Below are positions 13,466 through 27,220 of a stretch of 64,000 bases of DNA, piece by piece. The translations under genes were made by a program, and so were the position numbers. The first letter of the stretch is position 1. Each line of letters begins with the position of its first letter. This DNA comes from Curvularia clavata (taxonomy: Eukaryota): assembly GCA_023920165.1 (NCBI GenBank), contig CP089277.1, positions 3,162,001 to 3,226,000 of the forward strand, given 5' to 3'. The notes under the pieces were generated by a model. That model had not been told where the DNA came from. It did not search any database and worked only from the letters and a program-made list of their open reading frames with translations.

Positions 13466-14983
13466 ATGTCTGCTTGTTCATCAGCATTCTCGGTGTCGCC
13501 ATCCGCGACACCAGAGATGGTCAGCACACCGGCGACACAAAGTTCTGTACTCTTTGACGACGACGTGGCAGCCGATCCTTTGGACATTGAAGGAGCCAGC
13601 TCTTCCTTCATCATGGTTGTTGGCGGATTGGGATATATTGGCTCACACACAACACTGGAGCTGCTCAAGGAAGGATACAACGTCCTTGTCATCGACGACC
13701 TCAGCAACTCTTACGAAAATGTCTTGACCAGAATTAAACTCCTTGCAGAGGACTTCTGCCGGACCCAGGGAAAGCGGCTTCCAGAGCTGCACTTTCAACG
13801 ATTGGACTACCGAAGCGCTCAGATGAAGGCTGTGTTGGCCAATTACTCCTCGTATTCGGTCAGCAGTAAAGCAGCGTCAGTAAAAGCACGCTTTCCGTAC
13901 TCAAACCTTCACCGAACGGACTCCGGTATCGAAATGGGATCAGATGATACCCCGGAGCCCATAATTGAGCGTCGGTCTAGGATAACGGGTGTCATTCATT
14001 TTGCCGCTTACAAGTCTGTTGAAGAGAGCATTAGCATGCCGTTGAGGTATTACAGCAACAATGTTTGCGGCCTGGTGGATTTCCTGGGCCTCATTGAAGA
14101 ATTCGGTATCAAAAACTTTGTCTTCTCGTCCTCGGCCACAGTGTACGGCGAAGGCGCCAACTGCGGAGTACCACTGCGCGAGGAGCTGTGCGTGCATCAT
14201 CCAGAGACCTTTGTCGATAGCGATGGAGTCGAACGTCGAGCTTTGCCAGGTGTTTTGGGTCTTACTTCGCCTTACGGACGATCAAAATTCATGTGCGAAT
14301 CCATCCTGGCCGATCTTGCTAAGGCGGACCCGACATGGTCCATCACTGCGCTGCGTTACTTCAATCCGGTATGTCCAATTGTGGTAAAATTTACGACGAG
14401 AAATGGCTAACGGAACAAGGTCGGTTGCCACGAATCAGGCATACTGGGAGAGGACCCACGACAAAAACCCAGCAATCTGATTCCAGTTATTGCAACCGTA
14501 TTGACTGGAGCAAGGCCGGTTCTAGACATTTTTGGCACCGACTGGAACACTCCTGATGGAACCGCCGTGCGTGATTTTATTCATGTAGTCGACTTGGCCC
14601 GAGGCCATATTGCAGCTTTGGCAGCTTCCGCATCTGGCCGCACAAAGGCTCCATTCCGAACCTACAATCTGGGTAAGCCTTGATTTTTGCAAATGACTTG
14701 GCCATCCGGACACAAATGCTAACCTTTTTCAGGTACTGGCAACGGACACACGGTTCGTGAAGTGCTTCACAGCCTGGAGGAGGCATCTCAACGAAAGATT
14801 CCGGCACGGGAAGTCGGACGGCGGGCGGGAGATGTTGGGTTCTGTGTAGCGGAAGTCCAGCGAGCAGAGACTGAGCTGCAATGGAAGGCCGAAAGGTCTC
14901 TACGAGACTGCGCTGGCGACGTTTGGAATTTCACCAAGGGTCGTTGTGCCGACGTGCCCGCACCCAGCAGTACACAATGCTAG
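13466..14983 (+). CDS. uge3: UDP-glucose/UDP-GlcNAc 4-epimerase (GalE family), Uge3-like
   Basis: GGLGYIG NAD-binding motif, VIHFAAYKSVEES, FVFSSSATVYG, catalytic YGRSK, LRYFNP|VGCH, DGTAVRDFIHVVDLARGH, YNLG|TG, RRAGD. Introns 14369-14419 and 14673-14732. Confidence 0.93.
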
Positions 14984-16227
14984 CAGGTGTTGGTGCTAGC
15001 TACAGTGCCTTCCGCAGCTGGCAGTATGGGCTTCGCCTGACTTTGAGGGGGTTTTTTTTTTCTTCTTCTTCGTCACTTGTTGATTGAAAAGTTTTAGCAT
15101 TGGCACTCGGCGTTCTTTTCTTCTTTCTCCTTACGAAAACGAGGCGCTTATTAGCTTTGTTGGTTGGATAGAATATGACTGGCGTTTAATTGTGCACTGA
15201 AGACGCATCGCATAACCCCTGAGCATGAATCGACTGCCTATAACGTATGGGTCACCATGCCATGTCTTTGTGTATGCGGCACTGCTGAAGAGTATTGGGG
15301 GGTTTTCAGAGGGACTGATGTGGCAAGGGAAGAAAAGTACCAGTCAGGGTGAGGGAAAAGCAAAGCCCGCGGAAGAGGCAGTGCCTGTGGCCCATTGCAG
15401 GTGGCCACGCGAGCAAAAGAAATACACAGGAAATCTGGCTGCATGGAAACATAGTGGGTAGTGAGGTCAGGTGTAACATAAGTACGTGGACATGACGAGC
15501 CATGCAATCATGCGTCTTGTTGAGGGCCCCGTCTATAGATACACTGTTGTCGCAGGCTTGCAGCAAGAGGGGCCAGACGATGGGCGATGTGGTGGCAAGC
15601 TGTGCTGAGAGGCGTATGTGTGTTGACGACGTAAGTACATGTGAGTGCAACGGTGAGGAGCCAAGAACAGGTTCAAGCCGTGGTTTGCAGGCACATCCTG
15701 TGTGATCTGCAATCTGGTCCAATCGCAGGGGGCGATCATTCGCGACTCAGCTGGGGCGGTACGCTCGCCCCTTTGCGCCCAGCTGTGCGAACCGACGACT
15801 CAGCAGCCCCGCGAAGAGGCTCGCTCATTACTGGTAGCGACGCTGGCACTGACACTGGCGAGGGGTGGATCTTGCATGTCGTGCGTCGACCTAACGGCAC
15901 AATCAATGGCGAGAGGGTTCCTAGTGGTTGGCCGAACGGTTAGGAGATGATGAGCAGCAGGCGGAGCCCCCTTTGTGCGAGCATGACCGATTGGATCTGG
16001 GAACGGTTCGGGACTTTGGCCCAGCGCTAACCTTAAACGGTCGTCACGTGCATCCCGCGGCCAGTCAGTGCAGTGCTACTAGCAGCCCGCACCCGTTGAA
16101 CCTCAAACGTCTCCCCATACATACGCACAGTCGCGAATCCTGCTGCGTCGCCAGCTCTGACAATTGCTGCATCGCTGCAACGACAAAAGGATCCCAAGCA
16201 GAAGACGCGCGCTCCCAAGCCCCGCTG

Positions 16228-18534
16228 ATGCCTCCTTCCGCTATGCCCATGTCCGGCCACCCGCCGCCCGGCCAGTCCTTCTCCGCTGGCGTGGATGCCG
16301 CCCTTTGGCCCAACCACCACCAAGACTTCTCACCACCTGACTCCACTGCCTCTCACTCGCCATCGCTAGGACTCCATCTGTCGCCTACGACGAGTGTCGC
16401 TACCCATCACAGCAGCAGCATCAATGGCAGTACTCCGCCCGCCCAGACGCCTGCCCAGACGCCCCAGTCGTCCAATGGCAGCAGGGCCAACTCCAACGCC
16501 GGCCTCAAGGCCACCCAAAAGTCCTCAAGCGGCGACCAGGCAAGAGCCTCGGTCGCCGTCGCCTGCGTGCAGTGCCGAAGCAGGCACTTGAAGTGCGACG
16601 GTGGAGTGCGGTGTTCCCGATGTAGGACCGATAACGTCGAGTGTACCTACATCAAGTCTCGACGAGGCTGGAAAGGCAAGCGTAAGAACAAAGACGACAA
16701 CGGCGCGCCCCCCGCCGTCCACGGTGAGTATTTTGTTCTTCTGCGACAGCCACATGTCGTTCTTCTCTCTAACAGCAATAGGTTTGTCGCCCGCCGAGGT
16801 GGCCGCTAGCAATGGGCACATCTCGTCGCCTGAGTATTCGTACAGTAGCGACATGAGCCCGTCAAATGGTCTTGGTGTTCGAGCAATAGCGCCGCCAGTT
16901 GCTCAGCTCAATTTGAATGGAACTGCTCGTGTGAATCGCTTTGGTCACCAGGGACCCGAGACTGCGGTTCAGGCCTTCTACCACTTCTTCTACAACTCAC
17001 ACCCCTTCTGCTTACCGGAACAGCGGCTACTAGGCGTCTTCAAGGATCGACGTGCCCCGCTCCTCGAGTACGCGGTCCAATTCATTGGATCGAGCTTCTT
17101 GACCTCTGTTCCCACTGCCATGTACAAAGAAGCACTCGACCGCCAAATCAATAGTGGAAACTACGCAAGAGATGGATGGTCGGTGCAGGCAATGCTGCTT
17201 TTCGCAATTGGTCTCCATGCGCACAACGAAGTTCCCAGAGCTGCGCAAATCTTCGCTTTAGCCCAGGACCTAACGTTGGAAATTGGCCTCAACCGCATCG
17301 AATTTGCTTTGATGAACGGAGAAAATGATCCACAGGTTGAGGAGAGCTGGCGGCGGACGTGGTGGTCCATGTTTACAGCTAACGGCATGATGACAGCTGT
17401 CAACCCAGGTGTGCAATTTCGACTCAAAGACGTAGTGACTGACGTACCACTTCCTTGCGAGAACAGCCAGTACTTCTCAGGTGTAAGTCAAGACCCCTGT
17501 ATTCCGATTTGACAAGTGCCAAATCGGCTTGGCATTGTTTCCCCCCTTGGTTATACTATACCCCTCATCTGACTGTACATTATCCGCCGCGACCATACCG
17601 TTTTGGACGTGCATAACTTAAGGCAGACAATGGCTAACATTCATACTAGCAAATACCTTACCCAGCTACGCTGCAAGACTATGACGACTCCGCCTTCTTG
17701 TCGTCTTTCAACACCTTCAGTTCCTTCACCTACCTCATCGACGCCATACGAATCCTCGGCAAAGTTTTTGAATGTGCACGTCTCGACTCGACATTTGAGT
17801 ATCATGCTGTCGATGTCGTCGATCAGTACCTGTGCAACTGGCGGTTGCACCTCCCGCAGTCCAAGATGGATATTGTGAACAACGACGGGGTCATCGACGA
17901 GGTGCTGTTTCAAGCACACATGGTCAATGCCGGTAGCACAATCATGCTGCACCGGCCACGAAGTAACCTCGGATTTGGAAGAGTTGAAGGTGTCAATATC
18001 TGTGTGCAACCAGGCCAAGTATTGTTGCCGACACAGACACGAGAAATCCACACAGCCAAATGCCTCACGTCGGCCGAGAATATCTCATCACTGATCCGTC
18101 TGCCGGGCCACCTACTGCACCACACTCCCTTCTTCACCTGTGTGGTTGTCATGGCGTCGGTAGTCCATCTCTCGTATTGGTCTTTCCTCGTTCCTGATGG
18201 CCAAGACGACATCATCAAGCAGTCGATTCGTCTGGATGTGGGCACGCTACAGCAGTACTCCAACACATGGCCCATTGCCAGCGTCGTGCTAGGCCAAGTG
18301 CGGGGTGTCGCACACACGCTTTTCAACAGCAAGAAGGCCATGGGCATTCATTTGTGGAGCAACATTGATCAGCACGATATCATTCGCAATGTCATCGAGG
18401 AGGGAAGCCATGTCCCACAGCAGCAGTATGCGCAGTTGATTGCTCCGTAAGTGGATTCTTTTTCATATACATCTTCGTCTCTTCTATGGGAAAGATATCA
18501 TGGCTAATTTTACTCCAGGATGCTAAAGTCGTAA
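16228..18534 (+). CDS. Zn(II)2Cys6 transcription factor with fungal-specific TF middle domain
   Basis: ACVQCRSRHLKCDGGVRCSRCRTDNVECTY zinc cluster; FYHFFYNSHPF, EESWRRTWW, LPC, LHRPRS, HTPFFTC. Introns ~16724-16781, 17483-17649, 18447-18518; last exon ..PMLKS*. Start codon is a best guess. Confidence 0.9.
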
Positions 18535-19846
18535 ACTACCACCGGACTTCGTTGCTTTTATGATCAGCTTTCCGTATCCCCTCCGTGTCAGACGTGACCA
18601 GTCTTGTTGTTCTTCCGGATGGGTTCTTGATGTGCTTGGAAAACAAGCTACGATAATGAGCGCTGGTGTTTTCTTCTCCTTCTCCCAATGATGGTTCTAA
18701 TCTCCCTCCCATCTGACTAAAAACCTCTGACCAGGATCTCTGTTTGTCTATCTCCCAGTCTCTCTATTTCGGTGTTCTTTCTCAAACGTCATTACGCGCC
18801 CTCTTCTTAACGCAAGCGTACCCATGTCAATCGTCATGTTTTTTCTCTGAATGTTTCTCTCGTTTTTTTTTCCTTATCAGACCTCGGTCCTTGTGCTATC
18901 TTGGCAGGGAGGCTGCTCTCTATCTATCCTGTTGTCTAACGAAACAATGTATATATACCATTTCTTCATCTTATCAATGCATGTGCGGTTCTGCTCCTGC
19001 CTCTCTTTCCATATCTGTCTTTTTCGCCCCAGCCTTCCTTTCTTATCCTTCCTTGGTCTATCTCGGGTACTCAATCATGCGGTAAGCAAAAGGTGTTGTT
19101 TCGGCGCCGGTATGGGTGTTGGCGTTTTTACGAGTCAAGCGTTTTCGAAGCAGGGATCGTATCCCTTACTTTCCTTTTTTTTCGTATCGAAGATGGTAAA
19201 AAAAAAGGGGAGGTAATAATATGTAAAAAAAAAGAAAGGGAAATAATTTCTGAGCAGAGATAACTACCAATCATGTGTGCAGGTTGTGCAGGTAGTGCAG
19301 GGTAAGTACTGGAGTGAGGAAACCCAATGCAGGCACGTAAAGCGAACGACTTTAGTATGGCGAGTCGGTCAGACCTGGGCTTTGTTTTCTTTTTGTGTAT
19401 GCGATGGGTTGTTGACGAAGATGTAGGTAATATTTTTTTTTCTTTCGGTGTTGTTGGTATAACGAATTCAAGTAGTCTCCATATCATGACAGAATATTTC
19501 GTCCCTGCATCAAGATTATGCAAACCGAGATATTCTTTTTGAGAATTTCTTTTCTTCCTGGAAAGTTTCAGACCCTCCACCGCAAAGCAGCTCATCTCAT
19601 TCAAAGTGGAACATGCACATTCAGCGTGGAAATAGTCTACTGTTTACTCATTCGTTGAAACGCCGGCTAGTCCAGCGTCTCGTGTGGCCATATTCTGCAG
19701 ATATCTCGTCAGAATCCTCCCTCTTCGCTAGCAGTGGCTGAAGCTCCTGGAGCAGCAGATTGTGCGGCTCCGATTCCCGTTTTCCCATTCGATTCGTGTA
19801 CCCATTATAGCCCTAGCCGTGACCAGGAGCAAGCTCATGACCGTGT

Positions 19847-20740
19847 CTACAAGTCGGCGTCGTCCTCGTCGGGCAGAGGCATCTGAGCGGCGCTCTCCAT
19901 CTCCTGTCGGTACTGGTCGAGAACAGCCTGGTCGACCTGGACCTCGGGAGGGGCAAGAGCGGGGGCGGCGACAAAGTCAAGAGTCTGGTTGCCAACGAGT
20001 TTCCTGGCGAGCCAGAGGAAAGGCTTCTCGAAGTTGTAGTTGGACTTGGCGGAAATGTCGTAGTACTGGAGGTTCTTCTTGCGATGGAAGGTGATGGACT
20101 TGGCCTTGACCTTGCGCTCCTTGACGTCGACCTTGTTGCCGGTCAGGACAATGGGGATGTTTTCGCAGACACGGACCAGGTCACCTGATTGAGAGTTAAT
20201 TGTGATGCTTAGCGCAGTCAAGGGGCTGCAAACGTACGGTGCCAGTTGGGGACGTTCTTGTATGTGATACGCGAGGTCACGTCGAACATGATGATACCGC
20301 ATTGGCCGTTGATGTAGTATCCATCACGGAGACCACCAAACTTCTCCTGGCCTGCAGTGTCCCAGACATCAAACTGAATTTGACCCAGGTTCTGTTTTTT
20401 TTGTCGTCAGCATGGCGCATGGCGCGGGTAGGGCATCGGATAACGTACGGTTGTGAAAGCAAGAGGATGGACCTCGACACCGAGAGTGGCGATGTACTTC
20501 TTTTCGAACTCACCCGTCAAGTGACGCTTGACGAAGGTGGTCTGGATTAGGGCAGTTAGTCAATGAAAGTGCCATGGCTGGGTCGTATGCGAGGCCTGGA
20601 CGAAGCGCATCCGCCTCAATGGGCAGTGTGCGACGGTCCAGGGCGCAAAAAAATGGGCGACATACCTTTCCGGTACCACCGTCACCGACAAGGACGAGCT
20701 TGAAGGTAGGGCAGCTGGGCTGGGCGGCGGTCTCGGCCAT
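19847..20740 (-). CDS. GSP1: Ran GTPase (Gsp1/Spi1)
   Basis: [82 protein letters not shown], acidic tail LPDEDDADL; three introns. Confidence 0.97.
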
Positions 20741-21451
20741 GATGTAGTTTGTTGTGGCGGGGAGTGAGGTGCGGAAGAGAGGAAATGCGCGTTGGCTGTG
20801 GGAGCAAAAAGTGTTAGTTGGAGTCGCCGGGAGCGGTTGAGCAAAAAGGCAGACGGGGTTGAGGCTTACGGTTGGCTAAAGAGTGGGGAATGGGTGCAGG
20901 CGAGTGAAGTGACTTTCCAGAGGGGCAAGAAGAGGTTTTGTTGTGCAAGCTCAAGTGTTGGCCCGCCCCGGGCGGTGTGGATCTCTTGGCACGCCCTCAC
21001 CTTTTGCAATTTTGCCCTCACAGCAGGGCAAGACAAGGCACAGGCAGCGCTTTAGGCAGCCACACACTCTGTCTTTCTTTGTAATAAAGCACCACGCATT
21101 GCCCGTCGCCGAGCCCAACGGTCTCTGGTTGATTTTGCGTTGATTTGACAAAAACTCAGACAAGGCGGGCTATCACGACGATGCAGAGGCTTGTTGGCCG
21201 CCCAAACCCAGTGCGCCACGCAGCAAGCGCCCTGGTGCTGCTGTTTGCCCGCCATCACCAGCCACTGCGGCCAGCAAGCCAGCCAGCCTTATCTGCCCAT
21301 GCGACACAACGGTCGAAGCGCCTGGCGCCCGCTGCCTGTCGTCTCTGCCGCATCTGCTCTCCTATGCATACACATATCCATACATGATCCATGGCCATCG
21401 CAGCCGTAGCGCCCAATCGTGCCTGACGTCATCCCCAGCCATGTTTGATGC

Positions 21452-22307
21452 TCACAAGGGCAGCAAGTGGCAGCCCAGGAGCCCTCGACCACCCCAATTC
21501 CTTCGCGGAGTGAGCTGCATCTGGACAGTCTCTGCGGGGCCGCCCGAAGCATTTGGACGCAATGCCTTGACGGTAATGGGCACCTGTGTCACGTCAGTCA
21601 GTCAGTGTGCGCCTGCGAGTTGCTGGCAAGGCGCCATGTACCCCTTCGTTCTGCGAGACGGCCTCTGCCACGCGCGACAACCTCTCGTGGTTTGTCCAGT
21701 CGACCCAGCCAAACTTGGTTATGCTGTCGCCCACCCGAAGCCCTGCCGTCTCGGCCGGGCTGCCCGCCACCACGCTATTGACCTTTGCAAAAGGCGCCTC
21801 GAGAGCCGCAGGCGGCGCGCTGGCTTCCTGGTGCGTCTGCTGGGCGGCCGTCGGGTCGTTTGCCTGGGCTGCGAGGCGGGCGTGGTGCTCATGGAGACCC
21901 TTTTCGATGCGCGACATGAGGTCCTTGTAGTCGTTCTTCAGCCAGATGATGCGCGCCCGCGTCGTCCGAACTGCAGCACACATCAGCGACCAAGTCACCA
22001 GGGCGACGCGAGCCGCCTACCTTGAGCAACGTCAATGTCACTGCGCGGGAAGCCATCGAGAGTCGTGAGGCCAGTGCTCATGCGAACGCCGTGCTGCGAG
22101 CAACGGTCAGATGACGACGGCTATGAGAGATGGTCAGTCGTGCGAGCGTACCGAATCCAGCACCTGGCCCAGGGCCTTGAGCTCCGCCTCAACGCGCTCT
22201 TTTTCGGCAATGAGCTCTTGCAGCGACAGCTGCCCCTTGGGGATGCCGTTGGAGTGGCCCGAGGACGTCGGGCCCGAAGAGACGGTCGGAGCATGTATGT
22301 CGTCCAT
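21452..22307 (-). CDS. NAS2: 26S proteasome assembly chaperone Nas2/PSMD9 (PDZ)
   Basis: MDDIHAPTVSSGPT, ELIAEKERVEAELKAL, LTTLDGFPRSDIDVAQ|VRTTRARIIWLKNDYKDLM, PFAKVNSVVAGSPAETAGL, C-terminal TPRRNWGGRGLLGCHLLPL*; three introns. Confidence 0.93.
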
Positions 22308-23115
22308 GGAGGCTGCTGAGGATTTGCGACTGGCGCCCGTTTGCCACTACTGCTCTACGTACGCATGGCCGTATGTATGTATGTGCGTACGTACAAGTGG
22401 GGGGCGCAGGCAGGTCGAGGTGCGGGGCAGCAAAGACCAGCGAGGGCCAGCCCAGGCGAGGCATGGCGCAACCACGCAACACCATGTTGCTCGTCGTCGC
22501 CCATGCATCCATGGTCGACCTTGGCAAGGCCGTGTCACGTGCAGCAGCGTGCGTTGGGCGGGCGAGTATGTGTGCTAGAGCAGCTAGGACAGCACGGCAG
22601 CCAGTCGTGGATTTCTTTGCCAGTATCTCAGCCTGCCACTCGTGCGGATCCCGACTCGCCCCTACCGCCCTGCTGTCTCTGCAACTGCAACTACCACCTC
22701 CACTACCACCTCACTCCGCCTCTTCCACCACGCCCACGCGAAAAGCAACGAGGCTGTCACGCTAGTCGCTCCCCCAAACATGGTCCGCTACTCGTACCCC
22801 CGGCCATGTCTGTCCATGGCTCCCGGCTTCTTGCCTCTCCATCTTCGCCTGCCCTGCTCATCAGATCGTCACTTGCTCATGAGACCCTCCCCTGCTTTGC
22901 CCTCGCCCATATGCTCTTCCTTTCCCAGACGCCTTGCTCACCTCTCTGTCCCAGCGGCCATTCCCAGCATGCCCCTTCAACCCGCTCAGCCACTCTACAC
23001 CTCACTCAACTCTTCTCAACCCGCCGTCGTTGGATGCAGTAGTTTTTATCTCATGCTGCTTCAACCCTCGAGGCGCCTCTTGTCATAGTGTGCCAACCAC
23101 TACAACACTGTTGCC

Positions 23116-26100
23116 ATGGCCTCTGTCCTGTCACTCCCCCCTCAGAGTCTACTCAAGCGTTCCTTTAGCGACAACCCATACCCCAATTCTTGCTCACCTT
23201 ACAGGGACTCTCTACATGCGCCACTGAGCCATGTCACCACTCGCAACGGCTCCGCCCCTTCATTCTACTCTCTGGGAGACTGCCGAGCCACTGACCGAGC
23301 CCACATTGATGAGAACACTCCACCACCTCTGACATCCCAGTCGCTACGCGATCTTGCGTCCGATAAGGCGGCTTTGCCATTGACTGGTGCATGGGGTGTC
23401 GATGAGCCACGGAAGCGAAACTGCGGCCTCAATCGCTCGCCGCCTTCCTTCTGTCAAACAGAAGGCCCGTCTCATTCACATTGGACAGACTGCAACAGTG
23501 GGCAACACGATCCAGATTCCTATCTTGACCATGAAAATGCCGTTCAAACAGACATGCACATTGATGATGATAATCTCACTGAGACGCAATCTTTCAGTGC
23601 GCATAACTCTGGTCAAATGCCTTTGCCAACTTATACTTCTCCGAGCGAAACCGAGGGCGGAATGGACGAAGAACATCAAGCAGCGCAGAGCACTGGCATG
23701 GCTTCTTCGCAGCCTTTTCTCAGGTGGATGAGTACTTTGAAGCGTCGACATGCTCAGCGGTGGAAAGAGGACTTTGTCGACCTACCGCGCTTTTCTATTG
23801 ACACAAGCGACGACACGTCCTTGGCTTCTCCACCGCTTGGATGCATTGCTGAGTCGGCGCGGAGAACCAACGGCTCTCTGACTTCATCCATGGAATATGT
23901 GACTGCAATCAAGTCTACCTCCCTGACTGTTGGAAGTACCAGTATTGCACCACGCTCCGATGCAGGCTTACCGAGTAGGGTTCGCTTGGGTAACCGAAGT
24001 AGCAACCTCTCTGAGGTTCGCCGTTCACTCGACAGTCACCGCGGAGGACTAGGGCCTGTGCTCGATGAGAGCGCCTGGCTCCGGTCGCTTCAACGCTGTA
24101 AGATTGTCGAAGAACTGATTGCTTCCGAGGAGAGCTACGTTGCAGATCTCAAAGTTCTAATCAACGTATGCAATTCTAGAGCTGCTAAAACTCCGGCTCA
24201 TGGCTAACCTACTCAGGACTACTTCATGATTCTCACTGGCGTTCCCACTATGTCAGGCCAGACGAAGCTGTCCATACAGCAGAACCTGTTTCAGATCCTG
24301 CAACTCCACGAGGATCTGCTTGCAGAGCTTCATCAGATTGTTCTTCTCGCAGACTTTTCAAAAAGTGCGAGCCAAGACATTCGCCCTGCATCAAAAGCCA
24401 AGCACATTCGTTTTCACAGTGCAGACGTAACTCCGGGGCGCCTCACTGAGCACAGGGCTACGCGGAGGCTCAGACATTCCTTAGAAATAGGGCGGCCTTT
24501 GGACCGCAAACCGCGTGGCTTGGCAACGGACACTGAGACGGCCGGGAACATCGCAAAAGTCTTTAACAACCATGTTCGTGTCTCAAACACAGAAACGAAA
24601 CGTGGCATTTTTGCTGACAAGACCTAGATGAGACGATTTTTCACCTACGAAGAGTATGGCGCCCATTGGACGACCATGTCTCAGGACCTGACTTCTCTGT
24701 CCAAGGGCCTTCATGGATGGCAAGAATACGAAAGAGGTGTTGAAGCCCTGCAAAAGGTGGTTGCTTCGCAGAATAACCGCGAAGCCGGCTGCAAGAAGGC
24801 GCTCAGCTTCTCTGACCTCCTGATCAAGCCCATCCAGAGAGTGTGTAAATACCCGCTTCTCTTTGACGACTTGTGTCGGCATACCCCTGTTTGCGATGAT
24901 CCGGAAGCGCACGCTGAACTCGAAAAGGCCCTGTTTCGTTTGCAAGAAACGATTCGTGAAGTCAACAAAGCAAAGGATGATCCTCAAGCTCGCAAGTTGA
25001 TTGAAATCACTTGGCAGCTGCAAGACAGGCTTGCATTCCCAGAACAGAAAATATCCAAGGCTCTCGTCTTCCGCATACTCGGTCACGTGCTGCTATGTGG
25101 TGTTCTGCATGTGGCATACCAGACACCTGATCGCACCAAGGGATCGTACATGGTGTGTGTGCTATACAAGTCTTGCTTGGTGCTTGCGACCGCAAATAGG
25201 TTCCACACTCCTTACACTGTTGTTGCCTCAATCAGTCTTGCCAATGCAAGCATCGAAGACGCCGACAATGGTCGTGGTATGCAATGCCACACTGCGCCGC
25301 ACACATGGAAACTTGTGTTCGAGCACGGCCATCGCCTGCACGAGATGCTCTTCAGCGCGTGTTCTTCTGTAGAGGAAGAAGCATGGAAGCATCAACTGCG
25401 CCAGCGTATTGTTTACGAGACACACGATTTCGTCGAGGGCCAATCCACCATGCAGGATATGCTCACATCCATAACCCTTAACCTCAAATCTCTAGGTCCT
25501 GTCTTTGGCCACGCGAACAGCTTGGTGCGACGCATGTCGGTCCATCGAGCGGCGACCCTTGGCGCGAAAATGGACACGAACCAAGTCATTATCAAGAACA
25601 CTCAGGCTCAAAAATTCTCAGAGGCATCTCCGTCCTTGTCCTCTGGTATCGTTGCGAGATCACAGTCGCACCTCTCGCCTAACCACGTCCCCACACTTGT
25701 GCCCCGACGAGCTGAGCGTATCCGTCTCGAAAACACTTTGGAAGATGTGTGGACAAAGGACATCTTGCCATTCCCGGGCATGTCAAGTCGGCGAATGGAG
25801 AACCAGATTCGAGCTTCCGCTAACTCTGTTATGCGGAAACTGAGCATAGCCAGCATTGCCAGCAACTTCTCGCGGCGCTCACCTAGTCTTTCGAATGCGA
25901 GCAATTCGAAATTAGATGACTCATTCAAAAGCCGAGCTCGTAAGGTGCCTCAAGGGACTGTGCGGTCTCAGTCGGCAACTGAGCGACGCTCAGCACCGAC
26001 TGTGGTGGACTTTCACAACGCCCCAGCCACATTCTTACCTGCCGACTTCGGGATGGATCGACGACCTTCCAGCAGACACCGACGCCTTACAAGCTGTACT

Positions 26101-26415
26101 AGTGATATAGAACTACCCCTCGAACAGTCTTTACAGGTTAGACCAAAGAGAGTGAGGCGCCTTACTAGTCCTGTGCTCAGCACACTGCAATCGGGACCCG
26201 CTAGCCATCCGTTACAGACAAACCTTTCTCACCAATCAATAGCCACAACATTGGATGCAGCGCCTCTTTGCAAAGATGCTGAAACAGGTAAAGAGGACAA
26301 GACGTTGCAGGTAGAACAGATGAAGGGTCGTGAATCGAAGCCAGTTTCGACTCGCGCCGTTCCTTCGAGGAAACTTTTCAAGAGCAAGAACAAGATATTC
26401 AATCTCTTCCGTTGA
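23116..26415 (+). CDS. Rho guanine-nucleotide exchange factor (DH-PH)
   Basis: IVEELIASEESYVADLKVL, ILQLHEDLL, LSFSDLLIKPIQRVCKYPLLFDDL (DH); LCGVLHVAYQ...WKLVFE (PH-like). Introns ~24166-24217 and ~24574-24627. Confidence 0.9.
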
Positions 26416-27220
26416 GTTTGAACGTGTTTTGGTGTTGGTGGCTGCGTTGGATCACCACGCTTTCATGGTTGGAAGGGCGCAAAGGAGACTAGCCTCCTCT
26501 GGGATAGAGCTGTCACGACTTAACGACACACAACAATCTTGCGGTAACAGCAAGCACGAGACATAAATACAACCAACTCGGTGGAGGATGGATAATGCAC
26601 AACATTATGATGATCAATAGTATTAATGCAAGGCACACCCGCAGACGTCTGGGAATTGGTAGGAACGGTGTGACGTCATTGGCTGTGGGGTTGAGCGGGC
26701 ACGAGATCGTATGAGGGAATTGGAATCATTGCAATAAAGACACGTATATTTGGATAGCAACAACGAGGCTAGGGCTAAAACGTCATCTCTACAGCTGCAA
26801 CGTGGCACGGGTCCTTTTCTTCTTCACGTGAGTGAGGCAAAAAACCTTTGTATGGAAAAGCGTACGTGACGTTCATTTCGGCCTCATCGTAGAAGGGCGG
26901 CCGCAAGCCAGACGAAGCCCCGCCCGTCAGCCGCATGTTCCATTAGGAGCCGCAAAGCTAAACAAGATGAGAAGAATTGCGTATCCCCATGTTTGACTTG
27001 GTTTGCCATGCGTCGAGAACGTAGGTCCAAGCTTGGCAATGACGTAGTGCTCCCGGTCATAGCTCACGAGCTTGCTACGTAAATACCCCTCTAAAGCTTC
27101 CCCTCCATCCATATTCTCACATACACACAGACTCACACTTACACAACTTCGTTTGCGACTCTCAAACTACATTTGCCTTACCCAATTTCACGCTCCACGA
27201 ACAATCACACATCCACAACA

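Noticed and set aside
15928..16227. N-terminal extension of the Zn2Cys6 ORF from a TTG start
   Set aside because: Non-ATG start and leader-like sequence; ATG 16228 is the more plausible start.
17481..17649. GTGTAAGT at the Zn2Cys6 intron donor as a possible [D2,3] stwintron
   Set aside because: The frame is satisfied by an ordinary phase-0 intron starting at GTAAGT (YFSG|QIPYP).
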